A stretch of DNA of 64,000 bases from Firmicutes bacterium UBA3576 (GCA_002375895.1 DFND01000043.1:4033-68032), one strand, 5' to 3'; positions 37,116 through 47,583 are shown, counted from the first letter of the stretch. A program made the numbers and translations. Notes: generated by a model not told the origin, from the sequence alone.

Positions 37116-38390
37116 GTGATCACTACCAGGCCGCGTGGAACCAACGACATACTGCCTTCGGAGTCCCACAAGTGGCAGCACATAACGCAGCAGATCCACG
37201 ACATCTGTGCTCTGTACGGGTTCAGGCAGATCAGCACCCCGGCCTTCGAGCACACCGAGTTGTTCCATAGAGGCGTGGGCGAGGGCACCGACATCGTCCA
37301 GAAGGAGACCTACACCTTCGAGGACCGCGGCGGCAGGAGCCTGACCCTGCGGGCGGAGGGCACGGCACCCACGGCGCGGGCCTATCTTGAGAACGGGCTG
37401 CACGCGGCAGCCCAGCCGACCAAGCTGTATTACATAGAGCCCATCTTTCGCTTCGAGCGTCCGCAGGCCGGCAGATACAGACAGCATCATCAGTTCGGCG
37501 TGGAGGTGTTCGGGGCGGCTGACCCCGCCGTGGACGTGGAGGTCATAGCCCTCGCGCTGGACTTCCTGGGGCGATTCGGTTTGGACGGGCTCACCGTGCG
37601 GCTGAACAGCGTGGGTTGCCCGACCTGTCGGGAGAGCTACCGGGCCCGGCTGGTCGAACATTTCCTCCCCTGTGTCGAGCAGCTGTGCCCAGACTGCCGG
37701 AGCCGCATTGAGCGTAACCCCTTACGGCTGCTGGACTGCAAGGAGGAGGGCTGCCGCCGCCTCAAGGAGAGGGCTCCCCACATGTTGGACAGCCTGTGTG
37801 GGCCGTGTCGGGAACACTTCGTCCGGCTCCGCGGCCACCTCGACGCCCTCGGCATCCGCTATGAGGTGGACCATCACATCGTACGGGGGCTCGATTACTA
37901 CACCCGTACGGTCTTCGAGATAATCTATCCCGGGCTTGGGGCGCAGGACGCCGTATGTGGTGGGGGCCGCTACGACGGGCTGATCGAGACCCTGGGAGGT
38001 GAGCCCACTCCGGGGGTTGGGTTCGGCATGGGCCTTGAGCGGCTGATCCTGACCCTGGAGGATCACGGCTACGAGTTCCCCGGTCCGCGTCGCCTGGACG
38101 TCTTCCTGGCCGCGGTCGGCCAGGAGGCCCTGGCGCGCTGCGTGGTGTTGCTGGCTGAGCTGCGCCGGCGAGGTGTGGCCGCCGATACGGAGTACACGGG
38201 TAGGGGCCTCCGGAAGCAGATGAAGCACGCTGATCGTCTCGGGGCGCGCTTCGTGGCCATCGTGGGCGAAGAGGAGCTGGCCACCGGCCGATGTGTGGTG
38301 AGGGACATGGGCACGGGCACACAGGAGGATATAGCGCTGGAGGAACTGGCAGGATACATCCAGGAGAGGTGCGGGAGGGCTGGCTTATGA
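37116..38390 (+). CDS. hisS: Histidine--tRNA ligase
   Basis: Class II aaRS motifs and HisRS-specific sequences; 424 aa. Confidence 0.93.
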   Translation: MITTRPRGTNDILPSESHKWQHITQQIHDICALYGFRQISTPAFEHTELFHRGVGEGTDIVQKETYTFEDRGGRSLTLRAEGTAPTARAYLENGLHAAAQPTKLYYIEPIFRFERPQAGRYRQHHQFGVEVFGAADPAVDVEVIALALDFLGRFGLDGLTVRLNSVGCPTCRESYRARLVEHFLPCVEQLCPDCRSRIERNPLRLLDCKEEGCRRLKERAPHMLDSLCGPCREHFVRLRGHLDALGIRYEVDHHIVRGLDYYTRTVFEIIYPGLGAQDAVCGGGRYDGLIETLGGEPTPGVGFGMGLERLILTLEDHGYEFPGPRRLDVFLAAVGQEALARCVVLLAELRRRGVAADTEYTGRGLRKQMKHADRLGARFVAIVGEEELATGRCVVRDMGTGTQEDIALEELAGYIQERCGRAGL

Positions 38391-40153
38391 AATGGTCCAG
38401 GACCCATTACTGCGGTGAGCTCTGCGAGGAGCAGGTCGGGCAGGAGGTTTGCCTGGCCGGTTGGGTACAGCGCGTGCGTAACCACGGCGGGGTCCTGTTC
38501 GTGGACCTCCGCGACCGCACGGGCGTGGTGCAGGTGGTCTTCGGGCAGGAGCTGCCCGAGAGGGTCTCGGCGGTAGGCGAGCGGCTGCGGGGCGAGTTCG
38601 TCGTGGCCGTGCGGGGTCACGTGCGCCCGAGGCCCGCGGGCAGCGAGAACCCGCGGCTGAAGACGGGTCGGATAGAGGTCGGGGTCGAGGACGCGGAGAT
38701 CCTCAATGAGTCCCGGACCCCTCCCTTTTATATAGAGCCGGACATCGACGTGGAGGAGACCCTGCGATTGAAACACCGCTACCTGGACCTCCGTCGACCG
38801 GACATGCTAGAGGCGCTCAGCTTCCGGCACCGGCTGGTGAAGGCCGTGCGGGATTACTTTGATGCCAGGGGCTTCTGGGAGATCGAGACCCCGGTGCTCA
38901 CCAGGAGCACCCCCGAGGGGGCCCGCGACTACCTCGTCCCCAGCAGGATAAGCCCGGGCCGCTTCTACGCCCTGCCGCAGTCTCCCCAGCTGTTCAAGCA
39001 GCTGCTGATGGTCTCAGGGGTGGACCGGTACTTCCAGATCGCGCGCTGCTTCCGCGATGAGGACCTGAGGGCCGACCGGCAGCCTGAGTTCACCCAGATA
39101 GACGTGGAGATGTCCTTCGTCAGCCGGCCCGACGTAATGGCCCTCACGGAGGGGCTCATGGCCCACTTGTACCGCGAGGTGCTGGGGCGGGAGCTGGCCA
39201 CGCCCTTCCCGGTCATGTCCTACCGCGAGGCCCTGGACAGGTTCGGCACCGACAAGCCCGACCTGCGTTTCGGCATGGAGCTGGTAGACGTCTCGGAGGT
39301 CGTGGCCCAGAGCGAGTTCCGCGTCTTCAGGGGCACGGTCTCCGGCGGCGGATCGGTGATGGCCATGCGGGTGGAGGGCGGCGGTTCCTTCTCCCGCAGG
39401 GAGATAGAGGAGCTCGCGGACAGGGCGGGTGAGTACGGGGCCAAGGGCCTGGCCTGGCTGGCGGTCAAGGGTGATGATGTGAGGTCACCGATAGCGAAGT
39501 TCCTGTCCGAGGCGGAGCTTGCGGGAATCCTGCAGAGAACGGGGGCCACCTCGGGAGACCTCGTGCTCATGGTCGCCGACAGCTGGCGGGTGGCCAGGAC
39601 GGCGCTGGGCCATTACCGCTCGCTGCTCGGGAAACGCCTGGATCTGGCGCGGGGAGAGGACAGGTTCGTGTGGATCGTGGATTTCCCCCTGATGGAGTAC
39701 AACGAGGAGGAAGGCCGCCTCGAGGCGGTGCACCATCCCTTCACCGCGCCCCTGCCGGAGGACGCGGACCTGCTCGAGTCCGACCCCGCGGCCGTGCGGG
39801 CGGATGCCTACGACCTGGTGCTCAACGGCGTCGAGCTCGGCGGCGGCAGCATACGCCTGCATTCGGCCCGGCTGCAGGAGCGTGTCTTCGCGGCGCTCGG
39901 TATCTCGCTGGAGGAGGCGCGGGCGAAGTTCGGGTTCCTGCTGGAGGCCTTGGAGTACGGCGCTCCCCCGCACGGGGGTATCGCGCTGGGGCTGGACCGC
40001 CTGGTCATGCTGCTCGCAGGTAGGAACAGCATCAGGGACGTCATCGCCTTCCCGAAGACCACCAGCGCCTCCTGCCTTATGACCGGCGCGCCGGCTGCGG
40101 TGGGCGCGCATCAGCTCGAGGAGCTCAAGCTACGAGTGCGTGAGGAGGAATAG
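38387..40153 (+). CDS. aspS: Aspartate--tRNA ligase
   Basis: OB-fold anticodon-binding N-terminus, [18 protein letters not shown] (motif 2), GGGSIR (motif 3). The ATG overlaps the hisS stop (ATGA); the ORF track extends upstream to 38291. Confidence 0.92.
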   Translation: MKWSRTHYCGELCEEQVGQEVCLAGWVQRVRNHGGVLFVDLRDRTGVVQVVFGQELPERVSAVGERLRGEFVVAVRGHVRPRPAGSENPRLKTGRIEVGVEDAEILNESRTPPFYIEPDIDVEETLRLKHRYLDLRRPDMLEALSFRHRLVKAVRDYFDARGFWEIETPVLTRSTPEGARDYLVPSRISPGRFYALPQSPQLFKQLLMVSGVDRYFQIARCFRDEDLRADRQPEFTQIDVEMSFVSRPDVMALTEGLMAHLYREVLGRELATPFPVMSYREALDRFGTDKPDLRFGMELVDVSEVVAQSEFRVFRGTVSGGGSVMAMRVEGGGSFSRREIEELADRAGEYGAKGLAWLAVKGDDVRSPIAKFLSEAELAGILQRTGATSGDLVLMVADSWRVARTALGHYRSLLGKRLDLARGEDRFVWIVDFPLMEYNEEEGRLEAVHHPFTAPLPEDADLLESDPAAVRADAYDLVLNGVELGGGSIRLHSARLQERVFAALGISLEEARAKFGFLLEALEYGAPPHGGIALGLDRLVMLLAGRNSIRDVIAFPKTTSASCLMTGAPAAVGAHQLEELKLRVREEE

Positions 40154-40187
40154 TGAAAATATTGGCAACGATGACGCGGCGGTTGGC

Positions 40188-40489
40188 TTGCGCGATCAGG
40201 CCTCTTGTGGTATGATCGAGGCGAAAAGTGAAGCGGTCAGCACGCCCTGCTGTGTACGTGGTAGGCCGAAAAGTTTTGAGCCAACACCTTCACAAAGGGA
40301 GCCTGGACTCTGGCTGTGGCGTAAATGCCTCCCCAGAGTGGACTTACAAAGCAGTCAGGAGGGCACCCACCTGCCGAGCGCAGGTTCAAAACATCGGAGG
40401 ACACGGCACAGTGGGGTATTTTACAAGACAGAGGAAGCAGTCGCCCAAGGGGCGGCTTCGATCTTTTAGCCGGCAAGGGAGGGTTCTTG
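40188..40489 (+). promoter_or_regulatory. Promoter plus roughly 270-nt structured leader RNA upstream of trxA (candidate cis-regulatory RNA or sRNA)
   Basis: TTGCGC-17-TGgTATGAT extended -10 at 40188-40216. The predicted transcript's 5' end (GGCGAAAAGUGAAGCGG) pairs with its 3' end (CCGCUUCGAUCUUUUAGCC), and internal hairpins exist. It abuts the trxA RBS. Confidence 0.4.
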
Positions 40490-40810
40490 ATGGCCATTGT
40501 TACGGTTCACGCCGGGAACTTCGAGGAGGAGGTCTTGAAGTCCGAAGAGCCCGTGCTGGTCGACTTCTGGGCCGAGTGGTGTGGGCCCTGCCGCATGCTC
40601 GCCCCGATCATTGAGGAGGTGGCCCGGCAGTATGAGGGTCGGTTGAAGGTGGCGAAGCTCAACACCGACGAGAACCACGAGCTGGCCGGGCAATATCACG
40701 TGATGAGCATCCCGACCCTGATACTGTTCCGGGACGGGGAGCCGACCGAACGGATGGTCGGGTACATGTCGAAGAAGGAGCTCTGTTCACGCCTGGACAA
40801 GCTGTTGTAA
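40490..40810 (+). CDS. trxA: Thioredoxin
   Basis: WCGPC active site; 106 aa; RBS AAGGGAGGG. The ORF track begins at 40325, inside the leader. Confidence 0.93.
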   Translation: MAIVTVHAGNFEEEVLKSEEPVLVDFWAEWCGPCRMLAPIIEEVARQYEGRLKVAKLNTDENHELAGQYHVMSIPTLILFRDGEPTERMVGYMSKKELCSRLDKLL

Positions 40811-40837
40811 TGAAAGTGGTGCCGCCCGGGCCCGGCC

Positions 40838-40978
40838 TCACGACGAGGTCGCTTTCCCATCCTCATCCGTCCTCCGGGAGAAGCCCTGTTTCCTAAGGGC
40901 GATGGACAGGAAATAGGCCGTGCCGCCCCAGAGAAAGAGGACACCCAAGATGCCCATGACGATGGCGCCGGCGCTCAT
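40838..40978 (-). CDS. MetS-like small subunit of the NSS transporter (small single-TM protein, not in the ORF track)
   Basis: 46-aa ORF MSAGAIVMGILGVLFLWGGTAYFLSIALRKQGFSRRTDEDGKATSS. Its ATG is immediately adjacent to the NSS gene stop (TAGATG), same strand. Confidence 0.55.
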   Translation of the reverse strand: MSAGAIVMGILGVLFLWGGTAYFLSIALRKQGFSRRTDEDGKATSS

Positions 40979-42472
40979 CTACGACACCTCTCTTCTGTGC
41001 AGTTTACTTAAGACATAAGCGACGATGGGAGCCGCGATGACCACGGCCCACCCGCCGAGGAACAGGGCGCTCAGTGGGTAACCTTCGTAGGGAGCTCGGA
41101 GCTCCTTGTACAGGGACCAGATCAGGGTCAAGGTGAGCATAAGGGGCGTCGGGTATTTTATACAGAATTCGTACCAGGGCCCGAGCTTTATCTCAGACCG
41201 CGCGTTGACGTATTCCCTCACCTCTTTCGCCCCCCAGAACCAGCCGACGATAATGCACTCCACGAGCCCCACCAACACCAGGCCGAAGTTGTTGATGAAG
41301 TGGTCCACGATGTCGAGCCAGTACAGCCCAGCGCCCGTGGTGAAGAGGGTCCCCAGGAGGAAGGCCGGCAGGGTCACCGCCGTCACGGCCTGGGAGCGCG
41401 TTAGGTTCCACTTATCAGCCACCGACGTGACCACTCCCTCCACGAGGGAGAAGGCCGAGTCGATGGCGGCGCTGAAGAGCAAGAGGAAGAACAGGACCGC
41501 GAAGAGCGACGCTCCGGCGGGCAACAGCCCGAGGCCCGTCGGGAACACCACGAAGGCGAGGCCCACTCCCCCGGCCGCCACATGGGCCACGTCGACCCCC
41601 TGTTCCAGGGCCATGTAACCGAGGACGGAGAACACCGCGAGGCCGGCCAGGAAGGAGATGCCGCAGTTGACGAAGCTGGCCAGGAAAGCGTTGTTGACGA
41701 TCTCGGCGTCCCCGGGCAGGTAGCTGGCGTAGGCGATGAGGATGGCCAGGGCCAGGCTCAGCGAGAAGAAGATCTGCCCGTAGGCGGCCAGCCAGACCTG
41801 TGGGTCGGCCAGTTTGGCGAAGTCGGGTTCCAGGTAATAGTTGATGCCGTCGATGGCCCCGGGCAGGGTGAGGCCGCGCAGGACGAGGATGATCAATAGG
41901 AGGACCGGCAAGGGCATGCTGATCATGACCACCCGTCCCACGCCCTTGATCCCGCTCCTAACGATGAGGTACATGAGCACCCAGCCGATGACGAAGGCGA
42001 TGAAGACCGGCAGGGGGATGCCTCCCAGGGTGAAGGGGCTGTCGGTGAGCTGCAACACCTGCCCGAAGAGGTAGCCCCCAGCGTCCTCTCCCCATGCCAG
42101 CGTGGCGGCGCTGACCATGTACCTGATGGTCCAGGCCATTACCACCGCGTAGTAGGTGATGATTATGAATCCCACGACGGTGGCCCACCACCCCACCCAT
42201 TCGAAGCTTTCTCTCAGTCGTCGCATGGCGATGGGCGCGCCGGCACCGAACTTGTGCCCGAGGGCGAACTCCAGGATCATCAACGGTACTCCTGTCGTGA
42301 CCAGGGCGATGAAGTAGGGGATTAGGAAGGCCCCGCCTCCGTTCTCGTAGGCCAGGTAGGGGAACCGCCATATGTTGCCGAGGCCGACGGCGGAGCCGAT
42401 AACGGCGAAGACGAAGGCCCCGCGCCACGTCCACCGTTCTCTCGCTTCGGGCACGAACTTGCCTCCTCTCAT
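40979..42472 (-). CDS. Sodium-dependent transporter, NSS (SNF) family
   Basis: GLGNIWRFPY motif and 11-12 TM helices; about 497 aa from ATG 42472. The ORF track extends to 43213 as antisense read-through of ltaE. Confidence 0.88.
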   Translation of the reverse strand: MRGGKFVPEARERWTWRGAFVFAVIGSAVGLGNIWRFPYLAYENGGGAFLIPYFIALVTTGVPLMILEFALGHKFGAGAPIAMRRLRESFEWVGWWATVVGFIIITYYAVVMAWTIRYMVSAATLAWGEDAGGYLFGQVLQLTDSPFTLGGIPLPVFIAFVIGWVLMYLIVRSGIKGVGRVVMISMPLPVLLLIILVLRGLTLPGAIDGINYYLEPDFAKLADPQVWLAAYGQIFFSLSLALAILIAYASYLPGDAEIVNNAFLASFVNCGISFLAGLAVFSVLGYMALEQGVDVAHVAAGGVGLAFVVFPTGLGLLPAGASLFAVLFFLLLFSAAIDSAFSLVEGVVTSVADKWNLTRSQAVTAVTLPAFLLGTLFTTGAGLYWLDIVDHFINNFGLVLVGLVECIIVGWFWGAKEVREYVNARSEIKLGPWYEFCIKYPTPLMLTLTLIWSLYKELRAPYEGYPLSALFLGGWAVVIAAPIVAYVLSKLHRREVS

Positions 42473-42637
42473 AGCGGTGTGGAAGGGATTCTTTTTCGAT
42501 TCACCGATTCCTCCTCGCGAGCGCCACTTCGCCCGCGAGAGGTTTTTCCTCCCCGGGCGGAGAAGGATCACCGGAAGGAGGGGCCGCCGACCCTGGCCCG
42601 GCACGCGGCTCCTGGGGGTATCTGTTAAGGAGGGGGA

Positions 42638-43663
42638 GTGGGAATGTTGATTGACCTGAGAAGCGATACGGTAACGCGGCCAACGCTGGAGATGCGCCGC
42701 GCCATGGCTGAGGCCGAGGTAGGAGATGACGTTTACGGTGACGACCCCACCGTGAACAGGCTCCAAGAGCTGGCGGCGGAGAAGGTGGGCAAGGAGGCCG
42801 CCCTGTTCTTGCCCAGCGGCACTATGGGCAACCAGGTGGCGGTGATGACCCACGCCCGGAGGGGCGAGGAGGTAATCCTCGAGGCCGAGGCCCACATCTT
42901 TTATTACGAGGTCGGCGGGCTCGCCGTCCTCGCAGGGGTGCAGACGAGGCCTCTGCCGGGCGAGCGCGGCGTGATTACCCCGGCTCAGGTCAGGGGTGCC
43001 GTAAGGGGCGATGACATTCACTTGCCGAGGACTGGACTGGTCTGCCTCGAGAACACCCACAATCGCGCCGGTGGCGCCGTGTGGCCCCTGGAGCTGTTCA
43101 GGGAGGTGTGTGGTACGGCGCATGAGGCGGGCGTGCCCGTTCACCTGGACGGCGCGCGTGTGTTCAACGCCGCCATCTACTATGACCTGCCGGTAACGGA
43201 GATCACGCGGCACGTCGACTCGGTCATGTTCTGTCTCTCAAAGGGGCTGTGCGCACCCGTGGGTTCGATCCTGGCGGGCGACGCCGACTTCATCGCCCGG
43301 GCCCGGAAGAACCGTAAGCTCCTCGGAGGCGGCATGAGGCAGGCGGGAGTGCTGGCGGCCGCCGGCATCGTGGCCCTGGAGAAGATGGTCGACCGGCTGG
43401 TAGAGGACCACGAGAACGCCCGGAGGCTGGCAGCCGGGCTGGCCGAGATGCGCAAGGTGCGTCTCGACCCCGACGCCGTGCAGACCAATATCGTCTACTT
43501 CGACGTGGAAGGTGATGCCCGTCGGATAGTCGAGGAGCTGCGGGGCCGGGGCGTGCTGATGAACGCGCTGGACCCGGCGCGAATTCGCGTCGTAACCCAC
43601 CACGACGTCTCCCGCGGGGACATCGAGCGGGCCCTCGAGATCATGAAGGAGGTCTTGGACTGA
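42638..43663 (+). CDS. ltaE: Low-specificity L-threonine aldolase
   Basis: DLRSDTVT N-terminus; PLP-lysine region [11 protein letters not shown]; 341 aa. Confidence 0.88.
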   Translation: MGMLIDLRSDTVTRPTLEMRRAMAEAEVGDDVYGDDPTVNRLQELAAEKVGKEAALFLPSGTMGNQVAVMTHARRGEEVILEAEAHIFYYEVGGLAVLAGVQTRPLPGERGVITPAQVRGAVRGDDIHLPRTGLVCLENTHNRAGGAVWPLELFREVCGTAHEAGVPVHLDGARVFNAAIYYDLPVTEITRHVDSVMFCLSKGLCAPVGSILAGDADFIARARKNRKLLGGGMRQAGVLAAAGIVALEKMVDRLVEDHENARRLAAGLAEMRKVRLDPDAVQTNIVYFDVEGDARRIVEELRGRGVLMNALDPARIRVVTHHDVSRGDIERALEIMKEVLD

Positions 43664-43669
43664 GGGGCA

Positions 43670-44998
43670 ATGGATCTGTTCAATGGCCGCTCCGACCGCG
43701 ATCCCTACGCCGAGCCCCTCGCCTCGCGCATGCGCCCGCGGACCCTCGATGAGTTCCTCGGACAGCGCCACGTGGTGGGCGAGGGGGCGCTGCTGCGCCG
43801 GGCCATAGAGGCGGACAGGCTTGGCTCGGTTATCCTATACGGGCCGCCGGGCACGGGGAAGACCACCTTGGCCCGGATCATCGCCCGTATGACCCGTTCC
43901 CACTTCGAGCAGCTGAACGCGGTGACGGCCGGGGTCAAGGACATACGCCGGGTCGCCGAGGAGGCCCAGGAGAGGAGACGTCTTTACGGGATCCGGACCA
44001 TCCTGTTCATCGACGAGATACACCGGTTCAACAAGACGCAGCAGGATGCGCTGCTGCCCTACGTGGAGGACGGCACCGTCGTGCTGATCGGGGCCACCAC
44101 CTTCAACCCGATGGTGGACTGCGTGCCCGCGCTGGTGTCCAGGTCCATGCTCTTTCGTTTGGAGCCGCTCAGTGAGGAGGACATAGCGACGGTGATCAGG
44201 AGGGCGGTGCGGGACGAGGAAAGGGGCCTCGGCGGGCTCCGGGTGGAGGTCGAGGAGGATGCGGTTCAGTATCTGGCACGAAGGGCCGCCGGCGACGCGC
44301 GGGTCGCGCTCAACGCCCTGGAGCTGGCCGCGCTCACCACAGAGCCCGGGCCTGACGGCGTACGGCGCATTGACAGGTCCGTAATCGCCCAATCCCTGTC
44401 GGCGGCCGTGCTTCGCCACGACCGTGAGGGCGACTCCCACTACGACAACATCTCCGCCTTCATAAAGAGCATGCGGGGCTCTGACCCGGACGCCACCCTC
44501 TATTACCTCGCGAGGATGCTGTATGCCGGGGAGGACCCCCGCTTCATCGCCAGGAGGATCATCGTGCAGGCGGCAGAGGACGTGGGGCTGGCCGACCCCA
44601 ACGCCCTGAGCGTGGCGGTGTCGGCCGCCCAGGCGGTGGAATATCTCGGCATGCCCGAGGCGCGGATACCCCTGGCCGAGGCAGCGTTATACGTTGCGCT
44701 GGCGCCCAAGAGCAACAGCGCCTACCGCGGTATCTCCGAGGCCTGGCGGGCGGTGGAGGAGGGCAGGGTGGGTGAGGTGCCCGACCATCTCCGCGATTCC
44801 TCCTATCGCGGGGCCAAGAGGCTGGGGCACGGCAGGGGATACAAATACCCCCACGACTACGACGGACACTACGTCAGGCAGCAGTACCTGCCGAGAAACC
44901 TGCTCCACGAGACCTTTTACCATCCCGGGGAGCTCGGCGTCGAGGCGGAGCTAGTGCGCCGCCTGCGAAGGCTCAAGGAGAGGGATAAGCGGCGCTGA
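43670..44998 (+). CDS. rarA: Replication-associated recombination protein A (AAA+ ATPase)
   Basis: Walker A GPPGTGKTT, Walker B LFIDEIHRF, MgsA C-terminal domain; 442 aa. Confidence 0.92.
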   Translation: MDLFNGRSDRDPYAEPLASRMRPRTLDEFLGQRHVVGEGALLRRAIEADRLGSVILYGPPGTGKTTLARIIARMTRSHFEQLNAVTAGVKDIRRVAEEAQERRRLYGIRTILFIDEIHRFNKTQQDALLPYVEDGTVVLIGATTFNPMVDCVPALVSRSMLFRLEPLSEEDIATVIRRAVRDEERGLGGLRVEVEEDAVQYLARRAAGDARVALNALELAALTTEPGPDGVRRIDRSVIAQSLSAAVLRHDREGDSHYDNISAFIKSMRGSDPDATLYYLARMLYAGEDPRFIARRIIVQAAEDVGLADPNALSVAVSAAQAVEYLGMPEARIPLAEAALYVALAPKSNSAYRGISEAWRAVEEGRVGEVPDHLRDSSYRGAKRLGHGRGYKYPHDYDGHYVRQQYLPRNLLHETFYHPGELGVEAELVRRLRRLKERDKRR

Positions 44999-45395
44999 GG
45001 CGTGCTATCTCCTGCTCCAGGGCACGGTGGCAGCACATGCCCGTCGGGTTCTCCGTGCGGCAGAACCCGGTGCGCAGCGCGCCCGTGAGCTGACGCACCT
45101 CCTCGATGGTCTGGGCGCCGCGCGATACCGCCGACCTAATTTGCCGCCGGGTCAAAGGGGAGCAGTAGCACACCGGGCAGTCCGGATCGTCGGGCTCCTT
45201 GAACCATACCTTGACCTTGAGGTCGGACTTGAAGAGACGGGCCCCCTCGGGCTTGAAGTACACTAGGTCGCAGGAGGGGTTCAGGCACAGCTCGTATGAG
45301 GCCTCGGCCTCCAGAGGCCGCGTCGCCAGGGCCTGTACCGTCTCGAGTGGCACCCTCTTCCCCTTGAACCCGCATTCAGGACATGCATGCGACAT
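44973..45395 (-). CDS. BFD-like [2Fe-2S]-binding domain protein with N-terminal Cys-rich (zinc-ribbon-like) region
   Basis: CPECG...C...C N-terminus; BFD-like CYCSPLTRRQIRSAV...EEVRQLTGALRTGFC...CC motif; divergent from iscR; 140 aa. Confidence 0.6.
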   Translation of the reverse strand: MSHACPECGFKGKRVPLETVQALATRPLEAEASYELCLNPSCDLVYFKPEGARLFKSDLKVKVWFKEPDDPDCPVCYCSPLTRRQIRSAVSRGAQTIEEVRQLTGALRTGFCRTENPTGMCCHRALEQEIARLSAAYPSP

Positions 45396-45560
45396 CCCGC
45401 ATCACCTCCCCCCGATTGTATCACGGTCCCCCTGGGCGGGCAATCTAAAGCCGAGCATATCCATGGGAATGGTCGAAATGGGCGTTGACAGGCGGGCGTG
45501 GGGTGTGTTACCATGTACGCGGAAACCCTAGTGGCCCACTCGGAATTTGGGGGTGAGGCT

Positions 45561-46013
45561 TTGAGGCTTTCGACGAGAGGCCGGTATGGCGTTAAGGCCA
45601 TGTTCGAGCTGGCCATGAACCACGGGCGGGGTCCCATTCCGCTGAAGGAGATCGCGGACAGACAGGGGCTCTCCGAGCACTACTTGGAACAGTTGGTGGC
45701 GCCGCTGCGGAAGGCGGGTCTGGTCAAGAGCGTGCGAGGCGCGCACGGCGGGTATATGCTGAACAAGGACCCGGCCAGTATAAGCGTAGGGGATATAATC
45801 CGCGTCCTCGAGGGGCCCATAGCCCCCACCGACTGTGTCGCGGACGAACACGACGCGGTTGAACACTGCGGCAGGGCGGCCGGCTGCATGGCACGTAGCG
45901 TCTGGGCCAAGGTCAGGGACAGCATCACGGAGGTCGTCGACTCCATCACCCTGGCGGACCTGTGCGAGGAAGCTCGTAAGTCAGGTGATAAGAACTACAT
46001 GTATTACATCTGA
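45561..46013 (+). CDS. iscR: Rrf2-family transcriptional regulator (IscR-like, 3 Cys)
   Basis: MRLSTRGRYGVKAM wHTH N-terminus; Cys cluster CVADEHDAVEHCGRAAGC. TTG start at 45561 after RBS GGGGGTGAGG; the ORF track starts at 45498. Confidence 0.8.
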   Translation: MRLSTRGRYGVKAMFELAMNHGRGPIPLKEIADRQGLSEHYLEQLVAPLRKAGLVKSVRGAHGGYMLNKDPASISVGDIIRVLEGPIAPTDCVADEHDAVEHCGRAAGCMARSVWAKVRDSITEVVDSITLADLCEEARKSGDKNYMYYI

Positions 46014-46019
46014 TGGGAG

Positions 46020-47222
46020 ATGGTACGGTTGCGCAAGGTATACCTTGATCACTCGGCCACCACACCGGTACGCTCCGAGGTCGCCGAGCTGGTGCTGCGG
46101 TACATGACCGACACCTTCGGCAACCCCTCCAGCGTGCACGGCTTCGGCCGGGAGGCCCGTAAGGGGGTAGAGGAGGCCCGGGAGAGGGTGGCGTCGCTGA
46201 TCAACGCCGACCCGCGGGAGATCGTCTTCACCAGCGGCGGCACCGAAGCGGATAACCTGGCCATAAAGGGAGTGGCCCTGGCCAACCGGAAGAAGGGCCG
46301 TCACATCATAACCTCGGCCATTGAACATCATGCCGTCCTCCACACGTGTGAGTTCCTGGAGAAGGAGGGCTACGAGGTAACGGTCCTCGGGGTGGACTCG
46401 GCGGGCCTGGTCTCGCCGGACGACCTCAAGGCGGCCCTGCGGGACGACACGATCCTCGTCAGTATCATGATGGCCAACAACGAGATGGGGGCCATTCAGC
46501 CGATCAAGGAGCTTGCGGCCATCGCCCGGGAGAGGGGCGTGTACTTCCATACCGACGCCGTGCAGGCGGTCGGCCAGGTGAAGGTGGACGTTGAGGAGCT
46601 GGGGGTCGACCTGCTGTCACTGTCTGCACACAAGATCTACGGTCCCAAGGGCGTGGGCGCCCTGTACGTCAGGAGGGGGACTAAGATCAAGCCCATAGCC
46701 CACGGCGGCGGCCACGAGAGGAGGATGCGGGCGGGCACAGAGAACGTTCCCGGTATCGTCGGCCTGGGGCTGGCCGCCAAGCTGGCCCAGGAAGAGCTCG
46801 AGGATAGGCGACGGCACCTTCTCAAGTTACGAGACAAGCTCATCGAGGGGATCCTGGACCGGGTGGAGGACGTGCGCCTGAACGGGCCGCGGGAGGAGCG
46901 TCTCCCGAACAACGTCAACATCTCCTTCGCCTACGTTGAGGGGGAGTCCATCCTGTTGAACCTGGACCTGCAGGGGATCGCGGCCAGCAGCGGTTCGGCC
47001 TGTACCTCCGGTTCCCTGGAACCATCACACGTTCTTCTGGCCATGGGCATCTCCCACGAGCTGGCCCATGGGTCCGTTAGGATGTCCCTCGGGACGGGCA
47101 ACAGCGAGGAGGATATCGATTACGTCCTAGAGGTACTGCCGTCGATCATCGAGAGATTGCGGTCTATGTCTCCCTTGGTGGGGGGAAGAGGAGAGGAGAA
47201 GTTGCAACATGTACAGCGATAA
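46020..47222 (+). CDS. nifS: Cysteine desulfurase (NifS/IscS type)
   Basis: PLP-lysine SAHKIYGPKGVGALYV, active-site Cys loop SSGSACTSGS; 400 aa. Confidence 0.92.
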   Translation: MVRLRKVYLDHSATTPVRSEVAELVLRYMTDTFGNPSSVHGFGREARKGVEEARERVASLINADPREIVFTSGGTEADNLAIKGVALANRKKGRHIITSAIEHHAVLHTCEFLEKEGYEVTVLGVDSAGLVSPDDLKAALRDDTILVSIMMANNEMGAIQPIKELAAIARERGVYFHTDAVQAVGQVKVDVEELGVDLLSLSAHKIYGPKGVGALYVRRGTKIKPIAHGGGHERRMRAGTENVPGIVGLGLAAKLAQEELEDRRRHLLKLRDKLIEGILDRVEDVRLNGPREERLPNNVNISFAYVEGESILLNLDLQGIAASSGSACTSGSLEPSHVLLAMGISHELAHGSVRMSLGTGNSEEDIDYVLEVLPSIIERLRSMSPLVGGRGEEKLQHVQR

Positions 47223-47583
47223 GGTGATGGACCACTTCACAAACCCCAGGAACGTCGGAGAGATAGAGGACCCCGACGGCGTGGGTCAGGTGGGAAACCC
47301 AGTCTGCGGCGACATTATGAAGATGTTCATCAAGGTCGAGGATAACCGGATCGTGGACATCAAGTTCAAGACCTTCGGTTGTGGCGCGGCCATAGCGACC
47401 AGCAGCGCCATCACCGAGCTGGTCAAGGGGAAGACGATAGAGGAAGCCCTGGCCATCACCAGGGAGGACGTAGCCGAGGAGTTGGGCGGCCTCCCCCCCA
47501 ACAAGATGCACTGTTCCAACCTCGCCGCGGACGCCCTGCACAGGGCCATAGCCGATTATAAGGAGAGGCGGAAGTCGGCCTAG
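47209..47583 (+). CDS. nifU: Fe-S cluster assembly scaffold NifU/IscU
   Basis: [24 protein letters not shown] motifs; 124 aa. Confidence 0.92.
   Translation: MYSDKVMDHFTNPRNVGEIEDPDGVGQVGNPVCGDIMKMFIKVEDNRIVDIKFKTFGCGAAIATSSAITELVKGKTIEEALAITREDVAEELGGLPPNKMHCSNLAADALHRAIADYKERRKSA

Noticed and set aside
40390-40470. SRP (4.5S/scRNA) RNA call based on GGAAGCAG and GUCAGG strings in the trxA leader
   Set aside because: The two strings are about 70 nt apart and not in the symmetric helix-8 arrangement (GUCAGGUCCGGAAGGAAGCAGC). There is no Alu-domain-like 5' end. It is retained only as a generic structured-RNA candidate.
42473-42637. Glycine, SAM or T-box riboswitch in the 165-nt leader of the NSS transporter gene (minus strand)
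   Set aside because: A GC-rich hairpin (CCUCUCGCG...CGCGAGGAGG) is present. None of the conserved cores (glycine GGAGAG...ACCGAAGG, S-box, T-box) could be matched by eye. It is left unannotated.
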